DNA from: Octopus sinensis
Lineage: Eukaryota
Assembly (NCBI RefSeq): GCF_006345805.1
Contig: NC_043019.1
Coordinates: 9,795,360-9,859,359 of the forward strand
Direction: 5' to 3'
Length of the DNA stretch: 64,000 nucleotides
Below the pieces are notes generated by a model, which was given only the letters and a program-made list of their open reading frames with translations, made no database searches and was not told the DNA's origin. Of this stretch, positions 27,463-42,799 are shown one piece after another. Positions within the stretch are counted from its first letter, which is position 1, and every line of letters begins with the position of its first letter. Both the position numbers and the translations under genes were made by a program.

Positions 27463-28480
27463 ATATATTCTATATGTATGTTTATATAGATTTATAGATG
27501 TCTGATGATAGATGGATACATATAATGTATGTTATGTATGTAATTTTATCTATGCGTGTGTGTATGTATGTATGTATAGATAGATAGATAGGTAGATAGA
27601 TAGACACACACACACACACATTTGTATGGTAAATGTTGACTATTGGAAGAAAAAATATTCAGTATCATATTAGCAGTTAATAATATTTTAAGTTTGCGTC
27701 AGTCTTTTGTAACTTAAGTGTCACCAGTACTCACACAGGCTGCCATGGAAACCCAATAATTTAGCAGATATATATAACATACCTTATGTGTCCATATATA
27801 CATATTCATTTATACATATACATATTCATACGTGTGTGTATACAAACACACATATATATAAGTCTATATATCAAAACAAAAATTGTCAAATGTCCTTCTG
27901 GAGCGATAGGGTCATAAAGCTACTTTCCTAGATTTTGTGGCCTAAATATTTCTCCACTGGCCATGTCTATTGCAGCATTACTCATTTCCGACAGCTGAGT
28001 AGCAGCAATATGGAATGAAATGTTTCGCTCATGAACAAAATACATTGCCTGGCCCAGCAATCGAAACCCCAATCTGACAGTCATGAGCACAAAAGCCTAA
28101 CTGCTAAGGCATGTGTCTCTACACGTGCATATGTGCATTTACATATATGTATATTTATATATTTGTGTGTGTGCGTGCATGTGTATGTGTGCATGTGTGC
28201 GCATGTCAGACATTTGAAGAAAATACAAAATGCTTTTAAGGAAAAACGAAATGGCAATGACAGCAGTTTCTGATAATCATGAAAATGAAAAATAAGACCT
28301 GTGATAAAATGTATACACTCATATATGTATGCATATGTATATGCATGTTTGTGTGTGTCTGTATGTATATATGTATATATACATACATACATACAAATAA
28401 CATTGTGTGTATATATATACAAATATATATAAATATATATAATATATATAATATATATATATATATATAAAATATAAATA

Positions 28481-28525
<45 letters not shown>

Positions 28526-28557
28526 TATATTTTCATATACATGAATACAAATAATAT

Positions 28558-28589
<32 letters not shown>

Positions 28590-28974
28590 CATATATATTC
28601 ATATACATGCATACAAATAATATTGTGAGAGTGTATATATACATGTGTGTGTATATATATATATATATTCACACACACATATATATGCACACACACACAC
28701 CCACATATATGCATACATATATATGCATATGTGTGAGTTTGTATGTGTGAGTGTGTATAAGTATGTATGCATATTTGCATGTAGATAGATAGATAAATAG
28801 ATAGATAGATAGATAGATAAGCATGCATGTTTGTATTTACATATACGCACATACATATATTTTTATATATATGTATATATGCATCATTGACTGCATGTAT
28901 ATGTATATATATGTGCGTGAATGTATATGAACACACACACACACACATATATGTATATGTATATATATATATAC

Positions 28975-29026
<52 letters not shown>

Positions 29027-29079
29027 TTATTTACTTATAAGGTTTTGTGTCTATCTGTTATCACTTGTATCAGCCTGAC

Positions 29080-29960
29080 TACTTGATGTTGTTATTCACT
29101 ATTGGTCGCCATTCACTTCCAATTCTTTCTTGATTTTACCATTTTCATCTTGGCCCAAAGTGTTCAACTAAATAATCTTCCTGCCATCTTGGAGGCCTTC
29201 TGACTGGTCTTTTCAGATCTCTTGGATACCACTCAGCAACTGCATAAGTCCACCTGTTGTCTCTGAAACTTGCGACCTATCATTAGAATTTGTGCTCTTG
29301 GATTTCTATGATCACATTGTTTACTCTGATCCATTCTTGAATTACATCATTTTAGATATGCTCTCATAATGATACATCTTTTATCAAGGTAGATGCCTTC
29401 CACCCTGCCCTTAAGTTCCATGATATTCAGCACATATACTCTTTTACTGCATCCATTTTATCACTTCCCACCTCTATTTGACTTTGTGCCATGTCTTTAG
29501 ACTGCACGTATTTTGTTTCCATGTGGTTCATTTTATGGTCAACTGCTGAAACACGGGTGTCCAGTTCTGTTAGCACAGTCTGCAGCTGGTCTGTGGCTAG
29601 GAATCAAAGGTGTGCTTGTAGCTTGCTGTTGATGTTCATATTACCTGTCTAGTCAATGTCTGATGACCATTGCTAAATATATAGTGCAGAACTTTGGAGA
29701 AATGGTCTCCCCTTGTTTGATGCATTTCTCGGTTGGTACATCAACAGTTTGTATCCCTGAGCAGTTTCGTGTATTGCACCTCAAATCCTTGCATTTCCAG
29801 AGATTTTAGCTCTGCATTAATCTTGAGATTATCAAAGATCTTTTCATAGTCAAAGTAAGTGATGCACTGAAATAACATATACCTTTTCACTCATTTTGAC
29901 AGGTGTATTAGGGTGTTTATATGATCCATCATACTGTAGCTCTAATAGAAATCAGTTTGT
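29080..29960 (-). mobile_element. Old, decayed LINE fragment (probably RTE-type)
   Basis: Higher-complexity, coding-like composition without an open frame. Only weak RT-like remnants are visible. Confidence 0.35.
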
Positions 29961-30552
29961 GTCCTCAGTGAAGGTATTTTACCCTCCTTCTGCTAGCATT
30001 GAAATATAGAATGGGAATTTTCCACAGCTCCTCTCCGTTCTTTAATACCTATTATACATGAATATATATGTATATTTATATGTATACATATATCTAAATA
30101 TGTATGCATATGTGAAAATACATGTGTTTTTGTGTATATATGTATACACAATATATAATTTTGTATATAGTAATATATGTATACATATGTTAGTTCATAT
30201 GACATACATATATATATATATCTTTATGTTGATATATTTGTGTGTATACTTTAAATATATACATAAATTATGGTTATGTATCTGTGTATACACACACACA
30301 GACACACACACATATATGTACAAGTGTATGTATGTGTGTATATGTATATATACATGTGTTTATGTATGTGCGTATATATATATATATATATATATGTGTG
30401 TATGTATATATATATATATGTGTATGTATATATATATATGTGTATGTATGTATATATATATATATACATATATATGTATGTATATATATATATATGTGTA
30501 TGTATGTATATATATATATACATATATGTGTATGTATATATATAATATTATA

Positions 30553-30605
<53 letters not shown>

Positions 30606-30908
30606 TGTGTGTGTGTGTGTATATGTGTATATAATATTGTGTGTGTGTGTGAGTATATGTGTATATATATATATGTATGTGTGTGGTGTATATATATATA
30701 TATTATATATATATAATATTAAGCAAAAGTTTAGATTCAGATGAATTAGGTACTTGAGTTGAGGCACCAAAATTTAGTACGTATTATCCATACAGTTTTA
30801 AAGGTGATTAAAATCAAAATATGCAACCATTGGTTGCATTGTTCAATTAAATGGAGTCCTTGAAACGACTGTACTGCATTACCTCTGGATATCCTGTTGC
30901 TTATTTTG

Positions 30909-30961
<53 letters not shown>

Positions 30962-31418
30962 ATCCCAGAATTGTTAGAGCATCAACCTGAATCATTTACA
31001 GTATTTGTTCTGACACTCTGCAATATAAGTTCAAATCCCACTGTGGTCACCTCTGTCCCTCATTCTTTTGAATTTGATAAAAAGTAGAACTAATCCAATG
31101 TGGTGGATTGTTGGAACAGTAAAAATATCAACCAAGATGCATTGCAACATTTGTTTCAGCCCACTTCGTTTTGAGTTCAAATCTAACTATGGCTTACTAG
31201 GGTAGTAGACTAACTTATTACTGATATAACACCACCACCACCTGGCACCTTGGCTGCCTTAAATGGAGCTCGATCTGTAGTACAAATTTAGACCAAACTT
31301 CACATTTGAGGATATCTTCCACCATCTCTCAGAAGCCCTCTATTTGACTATGACCACTGTCTTCCCTCCAAACTAAAAACTTTAAAATATTTACATAACT
31401 GTATATAATGTGTATATG

Positions 31419-31458
<40 letters not shown>

Positions 31459-31919
31459 TATATGCAAGCACATATAGCTATGTTTCTATATACATACATG
31501 TGTATATGTATAAATATGTATTTTGATGTTTCTACATATATATGTGTGTGTTTGTGTGTGTATGCGAGTGTGTATGTAGGTGTGTGTATACACACATATA
31601 TACATACATGTATATACGTATATAAAAAAAATATGTATATATAAATGTATATACACTTATGTGTGTGTGTATATATAATATACACATATGCCAAATCAAC
31701 TTTATGAATAACTGCTGTAATAGCGAATAATCTTCTTTATTGTGTAAGAACTGTTACAGATAGCAAATAATGGGAGTTAAGTTGCCAAATTATGGAGTAG
31801 GAAGATAATTAAAATATCTGTCTGTCTATCTATCCATCTATTTATCAGTATGTGTATATATATACATATATATATCTGTATGTATGTATATATATATATA
31901 TATATATGTATGTATATAT

Positions 31920-31960
<41 letters not shown>

Positions 31961-32034
31961 ATATATTTATTTATTTATGTAACATATAGGAATATATATA
32001 TATGTAAATATTTATATATGTATGTATATATATA

Positions 32035-32107
<73 letters not shown>

Positions 32108-32645
32108 GTATGTATATGTATGTATGTATTTATATACATATTTAGTGGAAGAAAATTGATTAAAAAGATATCAAATTAAAATATGAACAATTATTTTAAA
32201 TAACTGAGCAGTTTTATGAAAGAAAGAACTTAAAATGAAATCTACCCAGAAAGCTATGAATCCACCCCTATGACAAATATGATAACAAGAGAAAAGAGAT
32301 TTGAGAAGTGAAGGAAAAATAAATCCCCTCTCTCTGTATGAAAGGGTAGAAAGAGAGTAAGGAAAGAAAGAAAAGAATTACAAAGAAAAAATATTCATAG
32401 GCACTGAGCCATATAAAAAAATACGCTTGACTATATATACATTCATGTATGTATACACACATACATGCTTTTAGGTCCACACATAAAACAAAAACAGTTA
32501 TATAGCATAGGAGTTTTTGTGTGGGTTAACATTTTTTCATTAAAATTCTCAACTCTGCCTCTTTTGGACATTTCCAAACAACCTCAAATACTTTTCCAAG
32601 ATATGAAACAGAAAAAGATTATGCATACATATACATTCATACAGG

Positions 32646-32699
<54 letters not shown>

Positions 32700-33173
32700 T
32701 ATATAACACCTGCACTTCCACCAGCACAACACCAATAACAGCAGTATGAACTAACAAACAGCCACATCCCAGCCTAAATTACTTTAAATCCAAGTAATTC
32801 ACCAGCCAATGTCATTAGAACCCACCACCCAAACTCCTTCCAAGAACCTAATTCACCAACCAGCCAACCAGCCAACCAACCAACCAATCAACCAACCAAC
32901 CAACCAACCAACCAACTACCATCAATAATACCATCACCAGCACCATCACTACTTCCACCATCATCACTGCTGACAGCACCTTACCAACGCCGCCACACAG
33001 ATACGTGATGTCATGAGCTAGGAGTGATGTCAAGACATAAGAACTCTGCCCAGTTTTCCAGTTTGGAAAAATCCTGACACGACACATACATATTTGCAGC
33101 AGCGGTGTCAAACAGTGGTTTTTCGGCCAGACAGAATGAAGAAATGGTGAGTCATGCGGGTCGCAAAAATGAC

Positions 33174-33204
<31 letters not shown>

Positions 33205-33291
33205 TATATATATTATATATATAATATATATATATATACACATATATATACATATATATGTATATATATGTATATGTATATATATCATCTC

Positions 33292-33331
<40 letters not shown>

Positions 33332-33600
33332 TCATGTCATATGTACATATATATACATATATATGCATATATATAAATATATATATACATATATACTCAT
33401 ATTTACCCATACACACACATAAACAGATACCCACACACACATGCGCACGCACACTGATTTTAGTTCTATTGAATAGCTTTGCCTGGCTTGACAAATTATT
33501 TATTACACAGACTAATGTTTTATTTAATATTTTCCTAGTTGTTTGTACTTTAACATTTAGAGTGTTTTTAGTTAATAACTTTATATACATGCATGCATAT

Positions 33601-33661
<61 letters not shown>

Positions 33662-33994
33662 CAGGTATAGGAATGGATAGATAGATAGATTGATAGACAG
33701 ACGGACAGATGTATAAATATATATATAATGATATATATGGGCATATATTTGAAAAGATATATATTTTCAAATATATGTTTTACATGTATGCATATGTGTG
33801 TTTATGTAAGTGTGTGCGTGCATGCATGTGTTAGTGCATATATATATGTGTGTGTAGGGGTAGGTAGGGTGTGTTGTATATGTGTGTATGTGTGTGTGTG
33901 TGGTGTAAGTCGTTTAAGAGTCCATAAGTCAGGGAAAAGATGCAGTCATATATCTGTTATTAGAGTGGGTGTATTATCTGAAATGTACAATATT

Positions 33995-34250
33995 ATATAG
34001 CCATCACAGCTGATCTTACCAGTGGAGTGTTAGATAACAATCCAATTATATAACCTTACGCTCATCAGAGTTAGCCAATAGGACTCTTAATATTGTATAC
34101 CTTTTGCAATGGATTTGGAATTATACTTAATATTATTCATCTTTTGCAAACTCTAATAAGTGTAAGGTTATATCAACGGATTGTTACCTAACACACCATT
34201 GTATTACTTGCACGAAACTGATTGGTGAGATCAGCTGTCATAGATATATA
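33995..34250. mobile_element. Inverted-repeat element with a decayed hammerhead-like motif
   Basis: Arms CAGCTGATCTTACC..TGTTAGATAACAATCC..ATATAACCTTACGCTCATCAGAGTT and their mirror. The + arm has CTAATAA GTGTAAG..CTTGCAC GAAAC. Confidence 0.55.
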
Positions 34251-34264
34251 ATACTGTATGTTTT

Positions 34265-34316
<52 letters not shown>

Positions 34317-34723
34317 GTATATATATGTGTATGTATGTATGTATGTAACAGAAGTTGAAAATGCACTGGGAATCTTTGAGATGGTTTATTTTCGAAGGCT
34401 TATCCAATTTCACAAACTTTTCTGATTTCCAAAAGTTAAGTCAGATAGAAAAGCATGGGGTTATGTTGTCACTGTCTTGCTTCTGAAAATAAGAAAAATC
34501 TGTGAAATCAGTTAAGCCTTTAAATGAAACCATCTAAAAGGATCCCAGAGCATTTTCAAAGACTTTCTTTACACTTCTACCCATGTGGAATAACTTTCTT
34601 TCCTATATATATATATATATATATATATATGCTTGTGTGTAAATATATGTGTAAGCTTATGTGTAAATGTACATATATGCTTGTGTGTTAATATATGTAT
34701 ATGCAAATGTGTATAATCAGATG

Positions 34724-34756
<33 letters not shown>

Positions 34757-35247
34757 AGAGAGAGAGAGAAAGAGAGCATGAAATATGGAAAAATATTTTT
34801 CTCTGAAATTACAGTCTGTCTTGTGATATACATTTAGAATTAATATTTAGATAAGAGTTCTTTTAGCTAAATTTTACCAAGTTTTAAAATGCAAAGATAT
34901 ACAATAGTAATTAATAGATTTTTAAAGTAATATTTACAATTACATCACATTAATTAGAAGTTCAAATGACTAAAAACAATCCTGGGACATAAATTTTAAA
35001 TTTAAGCAAATAATAATGACAACAGCAACAATGCTTTCAGATTTGGCACAATGCCAGCAATTCTAGGGGAGAGGGGGTAGGTTGATAAAATCGACCCAAG
35101 TATTTGACCAGTACTTTATATTTTCAACCCTTAAGAAATGAAAGGTAATGTCAACCTTGACAGAGTTTGAACTCAGAGTGTGAAGAGCTGGAAGAAATGC
35201 TACTGACCATTTTGTCCAATTTGGTGAAAATTTTGCCAGCTCAGTGC

Positions 35248-35286
<39 letters not shown>

Positions 35287-37517
35287 CCTTTCGATTATAG
35301 GCACAAGGGCCTGAAATTTTGAGGGAAGGGGCAAATCAATTAGATTGACCCCAGTACACAATGGGTACTTGATTTATTGACCCGGAAAGGATGAAAGGCA
35401 AAGTCAACTTTGAAAGAATTTGAACTCAGAACATAGCAGCAGACGAAATACCACTAAGCATTTCGCCCGGCATGCTAATGATTCTGCCAGCTTGCTGCCT
35501 TCATAATAAATAATAATAATAATAATGAGAGATAAAACAGGGAAAGAGAAAATTATTAAACTTTTGTGAATATAAACAGGGTTACAAATGGATAAGATAT
35601 AGAAATAAGAGGAATCTATTTAATAATAACTATTTATCATTATTATTCACATTCTATGTGACATGAAGAGAACAAAATTAAATTCAACACAAAATAGGAA
35701 TACACAAATAAATCTAAAAATAGAAGTGCAACATTTTATGTACAAGTTAAAAACGAAAATGTAATAAGGATTGATGTTATTGGATTCTTTGAATTTGGCA
35801 CAGTTTTATAGGATATGAGAGAGTTGTAATGAAGCATAGTACATGACTGGAATTTATTTTAGAGAATATAGACAAAAATTATAACAGTAGAACAGTAATC
35901 ACTTTTCTTCAAGTGTGGTTTTAATGGTAGTCCATTAGAAAGCTATCTTGTCTCTGAAGGATAAATTGATGCGAATAAATTGAACTGTCAGGATATGAAA
36001 TGAAAATGGACTGAAAGTGAATGAAAATATAAATGTATACATATATATATATATATATATATATTAAATATATCAAAGGGAAAGAATGATAAATAATAGA
36101 GAAACAAAATAAAGAACATCAAAAAGAATTTCCATCAGCAGCCTTTAAACAAAATAAAGATTGTCACAACCACCACCACCACCACTACTACTATGGTGAC
36201 CATTACCATAACAACAATAAGTAGTACTGCTTCTGTAGCAGGAATCAAACCACAAGAGCAGACATGCATGCATATATGCATAATCATAGATACACGGACA
36301 TAGCACCCAACCTCATGGTTTCAAATTCAGTCCACCTGAGTAGCACCTTGGCCAAGCATCTTCAACTTATAGCAATGGGCCAACCAAAGCCTCTTGAATG
36401 GATTTGTTGTGAGTGTGTGTGTATACACACATAAACACACACACACATATACATGTGCTTGCATATGCATGAGTGTGTCTGCTTGTCTTGACATTGTGTG
36501 AAGGTCACCATCATATAAGCAATGTCATTTTCATTTCCAGTCTTCCCTGGAAACTGATGAAGTTTGGTGACAGCAAAGGTATCCAGCAGTAGAAAATCTG
36601 CTGCAACAAATTCTGTCTTATCTTTACAAGAACTTGGGAAAAGGGACATTAAAATGATGATGATAATAAATCTCAAACTCAGTCCTGTTTCCTTCAATAT
36701 CTCCATGACCTTTCCATTTAGAATTCTGCTTTCCTTTCTGTTCTCGGTTACTAAAGAAGTGAAGGTGGAGGTGGAAGAGTGAGTTGCTTTGGTGTGGTGA
36801 GTACACTGGTGGTAATGATGGTTGTAGTGGTGTGAGGAATATCAAGGGAATTGTACGAGTTGCCGAATACTTAGGCAGTAGGCTTAATTACTTGACTATT
36901 TGTCATTGATGCATCAGATATATATACAGGTACTACTGTTGCTGTGAAGTAGTTTGCCTCCCAACCACATAGTTTTGGGTTCAATCCCACTATGTAGCAC
37001 CCAGGTGTCTAGTGTAGCATGGTGCTGACCATAGTGTTGTGAGTGCTTTTGGGAGCAGGAAAATGAAAGAAGCTTGTTGTATATATGTGTGTGTGTATTG
37101 GAGAGAAGTCATATTTGCTCATCTGCTGATGTGTTTATTGTTCATCCACTGAGTGTAAACAATGCTTTGCTAACATTGTCATTTGATGGTGGCCTACCAA
37201 AAGTCCTTCTTCTCATGTTGCACGATCTTTGTAAACAGATGGTGTTGCTTGCTTTGCAGTTCTCCCTGTAGATATGCCAAGGATGTTAGTTATTCAATAG
37301 ACTGGGAGATTATTACCTGACTCGGGAACCGGGATGGCAACAGGAATGGCATCCAGCCTTAGAAAAACTCTGACTTAGGCAAGCACTGAAAAGAAGACAT
37401 TAATATGGCAATATTGATGATGATAATGATAATAATAATAATAATAATAATAATATTAATAATAATAATAATAATATACACACACACACACATACACACT
37501 CACATACATGTAATGCG

Positions 37518-37548
<31 letters not shown>

Positions 37549-37554
37549 GTACAG

Positions 37555-37660
<106 letters not shown>

Positions 37661-37810
37661 ATACACCACACACATGGAACAAATAATTCAGGGAGAAAAT
37701 ATTGCGTAGATATTATTGACTCTGTTATTATCGAGTGTAACAATAAAAATAGTAATAACAGAATCAATAATATAGGCGATTGCAGGCCCCAAAAGCATTA
37801 GATAGTGAAG

Positions 37811-37961
37811 GATTAGAATTAGTCAAAGAACATACCATGTATGTCTACCTGCTGGAAATAACAGTCAAAACTCTTATTTGAATCAGTGATTTAAATATGA
37901 GTTTTGACTGTTATTTCCAGCAGGTAGACATACATGGTATGTTCTTTGACTAATTCTAATC
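37811..37961. repeat. Near-perfect ~65-bp-arm hairpin made from the end of a repeat
   Basis: GATTAGAATTAGTCAAAGAACATACCATGTATGTCTACCTGCTGGAAATAACAGTCAAAACTC and its exact reverse complement. Confidence 0.85.
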
Positions 37962-38350
37962 TCTCAGCTATTTATATATATACACATATACATACACACA
38001 GTTAGGTGCAGTTTGGTTGAAAGGATAAGTTTGTTTTGCTGCCACAAAGTTACTAGAGAAGGTGTCTGTCAAAACTATTTATATCATTCATCCTACAGAA
38101 TAATGTCAAGCTATACATCATTCTATCACTTTCTCCAAATAATACAAGTCTTGCTGATACAGATCACCTTAAGTTTCCTTGAATTCTGCTTTATCTAATA
38201 TATGACAGATAAATAAATATATACATGCACGCACGCATGCACACACACACACACACACACACACATGCACATAATGTACTGTTGTGTGATGGAAAGATAA
38301 AAAAAAAAGTACTCTATCTAGTGAGAGATAAGTATTAGTAGATAAGTATT

Positions 38351-38462
38351 ATTTAATAGACACAGTACATGTTTTTATGTACCTGATGAATACGCTTGAG
38401 GTATTTCTCAACGTAGGAAACTATTAGTAGCACATAAAAATATGTATTGTATCTATTAAAAT
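38351..38462 (+). ncRNA. Type I hammerhead ribozyme motif with a ~30-bp extended stem I
   Basis: ..TTTTTATGTAC CTGATGA A TACGCTTGAG gtattt CTCAACGTA G GAAAC TATTA GTA^GCACATAAAAA.. Stem II is TACG(C)TTGAG/CTCAACGTA, and the flanks pair for about 30 nt. Confidence 0.7.
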
Positions 38463-40479
38463 AAATATACATACATTCATACATATAAGAAGGAATGGTA
38501 TTATTAAAATACCATCTTGTGTGGCAAGCGAGTTATATATGTATAAAAGGTTGAGAGAATCATAGTGACTTTAAACTTTCAGCACTCTTGCCATCATTTC
38601 AGTATCTATGTCTGTATGCATGTATCCATGCATGCATATGTATATAATGCATATATATTTGCATATATATGTACGTATATATATATATAATTATTTATTT
38701 ATATAGACACATACGTATGTGTTTAAATATATGTATATGTAAGTGTGTGTGTGTGTGTGTGTGTGTGTATAAAAATTACTACTCCGGTTGGCTTTAACAA
38801 TGAAGTCAGGTCCTGAAGCATTCAGAGCTTAGCTCCACCTTTCACTCTTCAAATGTTTTGCAAAGAGAGAGAGAAAAAAAAAAACAAACATAAAAAGCAG
38901 TTTTTTTTAACCAGACAAAACTTAACACTTGCAATGTCTGTGTCACTTTCATATACTCTCCCTTCCAGCTTTTGTAATCTATTCGCACGGACTAGAGCTG
39001 CTTATGTTACACGTTTATGGAAATCACTAACATTGACGACTTACATATTGAAATTATGTTGGGCATCATCTACCATCCATCTTCTGCTTAATAATACAAT
39101 GTGATATTCATATTTTAATCCTTAAAAATTTTTTTAATCATTCATTTAAGATATAAATATTGTCTCTGGTTTAAATATTTTGTTTCTGAGAAAAGTCACT
39201 GCACCACTAAACTTCACGCATCTTCCTTAATTGAGCCTTCTTGACATTTGCTGAATCTGTGTGAGTTCACAAGGCCTTCAAAAAGAGGCGCTGCCACCCA
39301 AGTTAAAACCATTGCACCAGGCTTCTCCTGTGAATGACTTCCATCCAGTGACTGTAGCAAGTAAAAGAATAAAGATGATGATGATGATGATGTTATATTC
39401 ATTTGTATGATCACACACATCATCATCATCATCATCATCATCTAAAGTCCATTTTCCATACTGATATGGGTTGGCTGGTTTGACAGAAGAATGTGTGGTG
39501 CTCCAATGGCTGCTTTGGTATAATTTCTGAGTGGCTGCCCTTCTTAATACCAACCACTTACTTTACTGAGTGTACTGGGTGAATTTTATATGGCATTAGT
39601 ACTAATGAGGTTGTCATGTAACGTGCAAGACTCAGGTACACAACAACTGAGTGAGGTAAAAGAGGCAGGTAGAGTTTTGTCTGTGATGAAAGATTTGAGT
39701 TTGAGGGAAACGGTTAGAACCGGTTTTTTGCCGTAGAGGAAATAGCTGTTTGCATTATACATCCGAGAATATGGAGAGAAAAGCAGGGAGAGAGGCTAGC
39801 AAGAGTCTAATGGGAAAATGAGGGAGGAATAGTGAGAGATTGAGTAGGTATGCAAATATATGGAATAATGAAGGAAGATCGAGGTGGGGACGGAGGGGTC
39901 AGTAATAAGCCGGGGTTGGATGGAAGGTTTGGGAGAATAGGGAATAACTAGGGTTTGAGAAAGGACAGAAGTAAATGGTGAAGGGGAAAATGAATCATAC
40001 AATAAGGGGAAGGGGAAGAGCAGTAGGATAGAGGCGTGGGTGAGTAAGTTGCAAGATTATGAGTGAATAGAGATTGAAAGACTGAGGAAGGGGGAGACAA
40101 TGTATGGTGGACAAACTGGGAGATGTATGATGGGATGAGCAAGTGAAATGGAGAGGGTTTGGTGGAGAGCAAGAAGTAATTTGGTGGCAGAAAAGGGTAG
40201 AATGATTAACGTAAAATGTGAGTGGAGAGTGACAATATAAGAACGAGGATGAATGTCAAGTGAAGTGGTTCCCAGTAGAGAGAAATATTATGGGTATCCC
40301 AGAAATGACGTTAAAATATGTAGTTCTGTCCTCATGTACTGCAGTTGGGTAAGTGATATGCAGATCAGTGATAGACAATGAGAAATGGAAAGAGGGCAGA
40401 TTTGATGAGGAACTTAGGAAAGGGGCCCAATTGTGTAAACAGATATTATGTGTCCTGAACCTCATTAACACTGAGATAA

Positions 40480-40800
40480 GTGTATTTTATAAGCACCATG
40501 TATCACTAATCATTCTACCATATGTTATCTCTGATTCTTACTTGGTCACCAATTTCCATCTACCTTGAGCAATTGATACTTCTTTACACAGCTGTCCTCA
40601 TTTATACACTTCACATGGCCATACCAGTGCAGTATTCTTTCTTGTAAACTACATCCAATCCCCCTTATGATCAGTATTTCTTTTAACACATTTCTGATTT
40701 ATCATTCATGCACACTGACCATTGCACATCCAATAGAGCATGCTAGCTTCATTTATTTCTAGTCTTTGCATGTTCTCAGCATTCAAGGCCTGCATCTCAT
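40480..40800 (-). mobile_element. Decayed RTE LINE 3' coding fragment
   Basis: Minus remnants MQRLEINEASMLYWMCN and QERILHWYGHVKCINEDSCVKK parallel the C-terminus of the RTE ORF at 48457-50433. Confidence 0.75.
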
Positions 40801-41077
40801 TACTATAGTACACACACACACACATATACATACATATATATATACATACAAATGTGGTGCGTGTGTGCATGTGTGTGTGTATGTGTGTAATCCAAATAAT
40901 ATAAAGTAAACGAAGAAAACTCTTTAACACATCTTTAATGATTCGTTGCAATTGTTTCTGTACCAACTCTGCTTGCAATGCCAGTTTGCACAAAAATTCA
41001 AACTGAAAATTTACATAATGTTCACAGTTTTTGACATTAGAGAGGCACTCCATATATATGTATATATGTGTGTGTGC

Positions 41078-41119
<42 letters not shown>

Positions 41120-41535
41120 TTATATATTGCTGTTGTTGTTGGCATCCTTTTGTCTCGGGAGTCTGGTTTTTACATTTCATGTCCTCTCCTGTTTTGCGCA
41201 CACCTAGGCTAGATGTAAGAAAATCTTGAGTAGCCCAATCGTCAGGATTCCTCTCTCGACCCAGCTGACGTAGTCCAAAGGACTACGTCAGCTAGGTCGA
41301 GCATTATATTTGGCACCAGCTTGGTTGCAGGAGCTGCTGGAAGAATGTCGAGTCAAACACTAAACTGCCTACAGGGCTCCACTCTGGATTTCTTTGAAGG
41401 TTGTCTCCTTTCTGTAACCCTGGATAGGGGCCCATACCGGGTACTGTCAGCTGGAGCCAGCTGAGCCTGAGACTCATGTCAGGCAGGGTCATCACTCCCT
41501 GAAGTAGTGAAGAAAATTGCTACCCACTACCTAAG

Positions 41536-41569
<34 letters not shown>

Positions 41570-42799
41570 ATATATATTATATATATATATATGAGTGTGT
41601 ATGTGTGTGTGTGTGTGTGTGTAATACATATATATACACATATATGTATGTGAATGTGTGTGTGTATTTGTGCATGTGTATGCTGTACACTATGTGTGAA
41701 GACTCTATCCCTGCGTATGTTTGGTTTCCTTATTCTTGATCCAGGTGTCCCCTTTTCCCTCTGCTCCTTTTTTTATATACACACTTGTGTATGCATATGT
41801 GTATGTTCCTGTCTTTATATGTGTTTATATGTGTAAATGTATAAGCATATGCATATGTCTGTGTGTGAGTGTTTGTAATTAAACGCTCCCTATTTACGCA
41901 ATGACTAACGAGCTCTAAAATATTAGTTTGAAAACCAATCTAAAGGGAGAAACTCCTATCACGGTCACTTTTGTAAGCACCTGATGACTTATAAACATCT
42001 AATCATTAAAGAGGGAACGATCATCTGGAAACACATTTCTATTCAGTTTTTCAAATATATACACATATGTACATATATGTATACACACATGTATATGTCT
42101 TTTTGATGTGATGGGTGGGGGTTGCTGAGCACAGTGAATCGCCTGTCATCATGGTCCATTGTCATCTCCTATGTGAGATCCAACAGTTTGAAATCCACCT
42201 TCACCACTTTGTCCCATGTCTGTTTGGACTTCTCTTCTTGGACCCATCTGCTTTAGGCAACTGGCACTCCTCTCTGCAGCTGTCCTTAACAATATGCATC
42301 ACATGACCACACTAGCACACTCTTTTCCTCTGCACGCTGCACCTGATTCCTCTTATACCCAATCTTTATATATATGTAAGTACACACACACACACACACA
42401 CAAACTTACTTTTTCTATTTTTCCCTTGTTTCAGACAGCAGACGGTGGTTGTGCTGCTGCACCGCTGTCAACGATTCTAGTTGAGAAAATCAACCCCAGC
42501 ACTTATTTTTTTTGAAACCTGCTACTTATTCTATCAGTATTTTTTGCCAATCTGCTTAGTTACAGGGATATAAACGCACCAGCATGGGTTGTCAAATGAT
42601 GGAAGGAGACAACCACAGACACATGATACAAACACATTCACACGTGTGTGTGTGTGGGGGGGGGGTATATATATGACAGGCTTCATTCGTTTCCCATCTA
42701 CCAAATCTACGCACAAGGGTTTGGTTGGCTTGATGCTATATGAGAAGACACTTACCCAAAGTGTGTCATGCTGTGGCATTGAACCTGGAAACATCATCA

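Noticed and set aside
39620-40260. Purine-rich stretch giving Pro/Ser/Leu-rich minus ORFs (also 21186-21540 and 46100-46300)
   Set aside because: These are low-complexity polypurine/polypyrimidine tracts without coding signatures.
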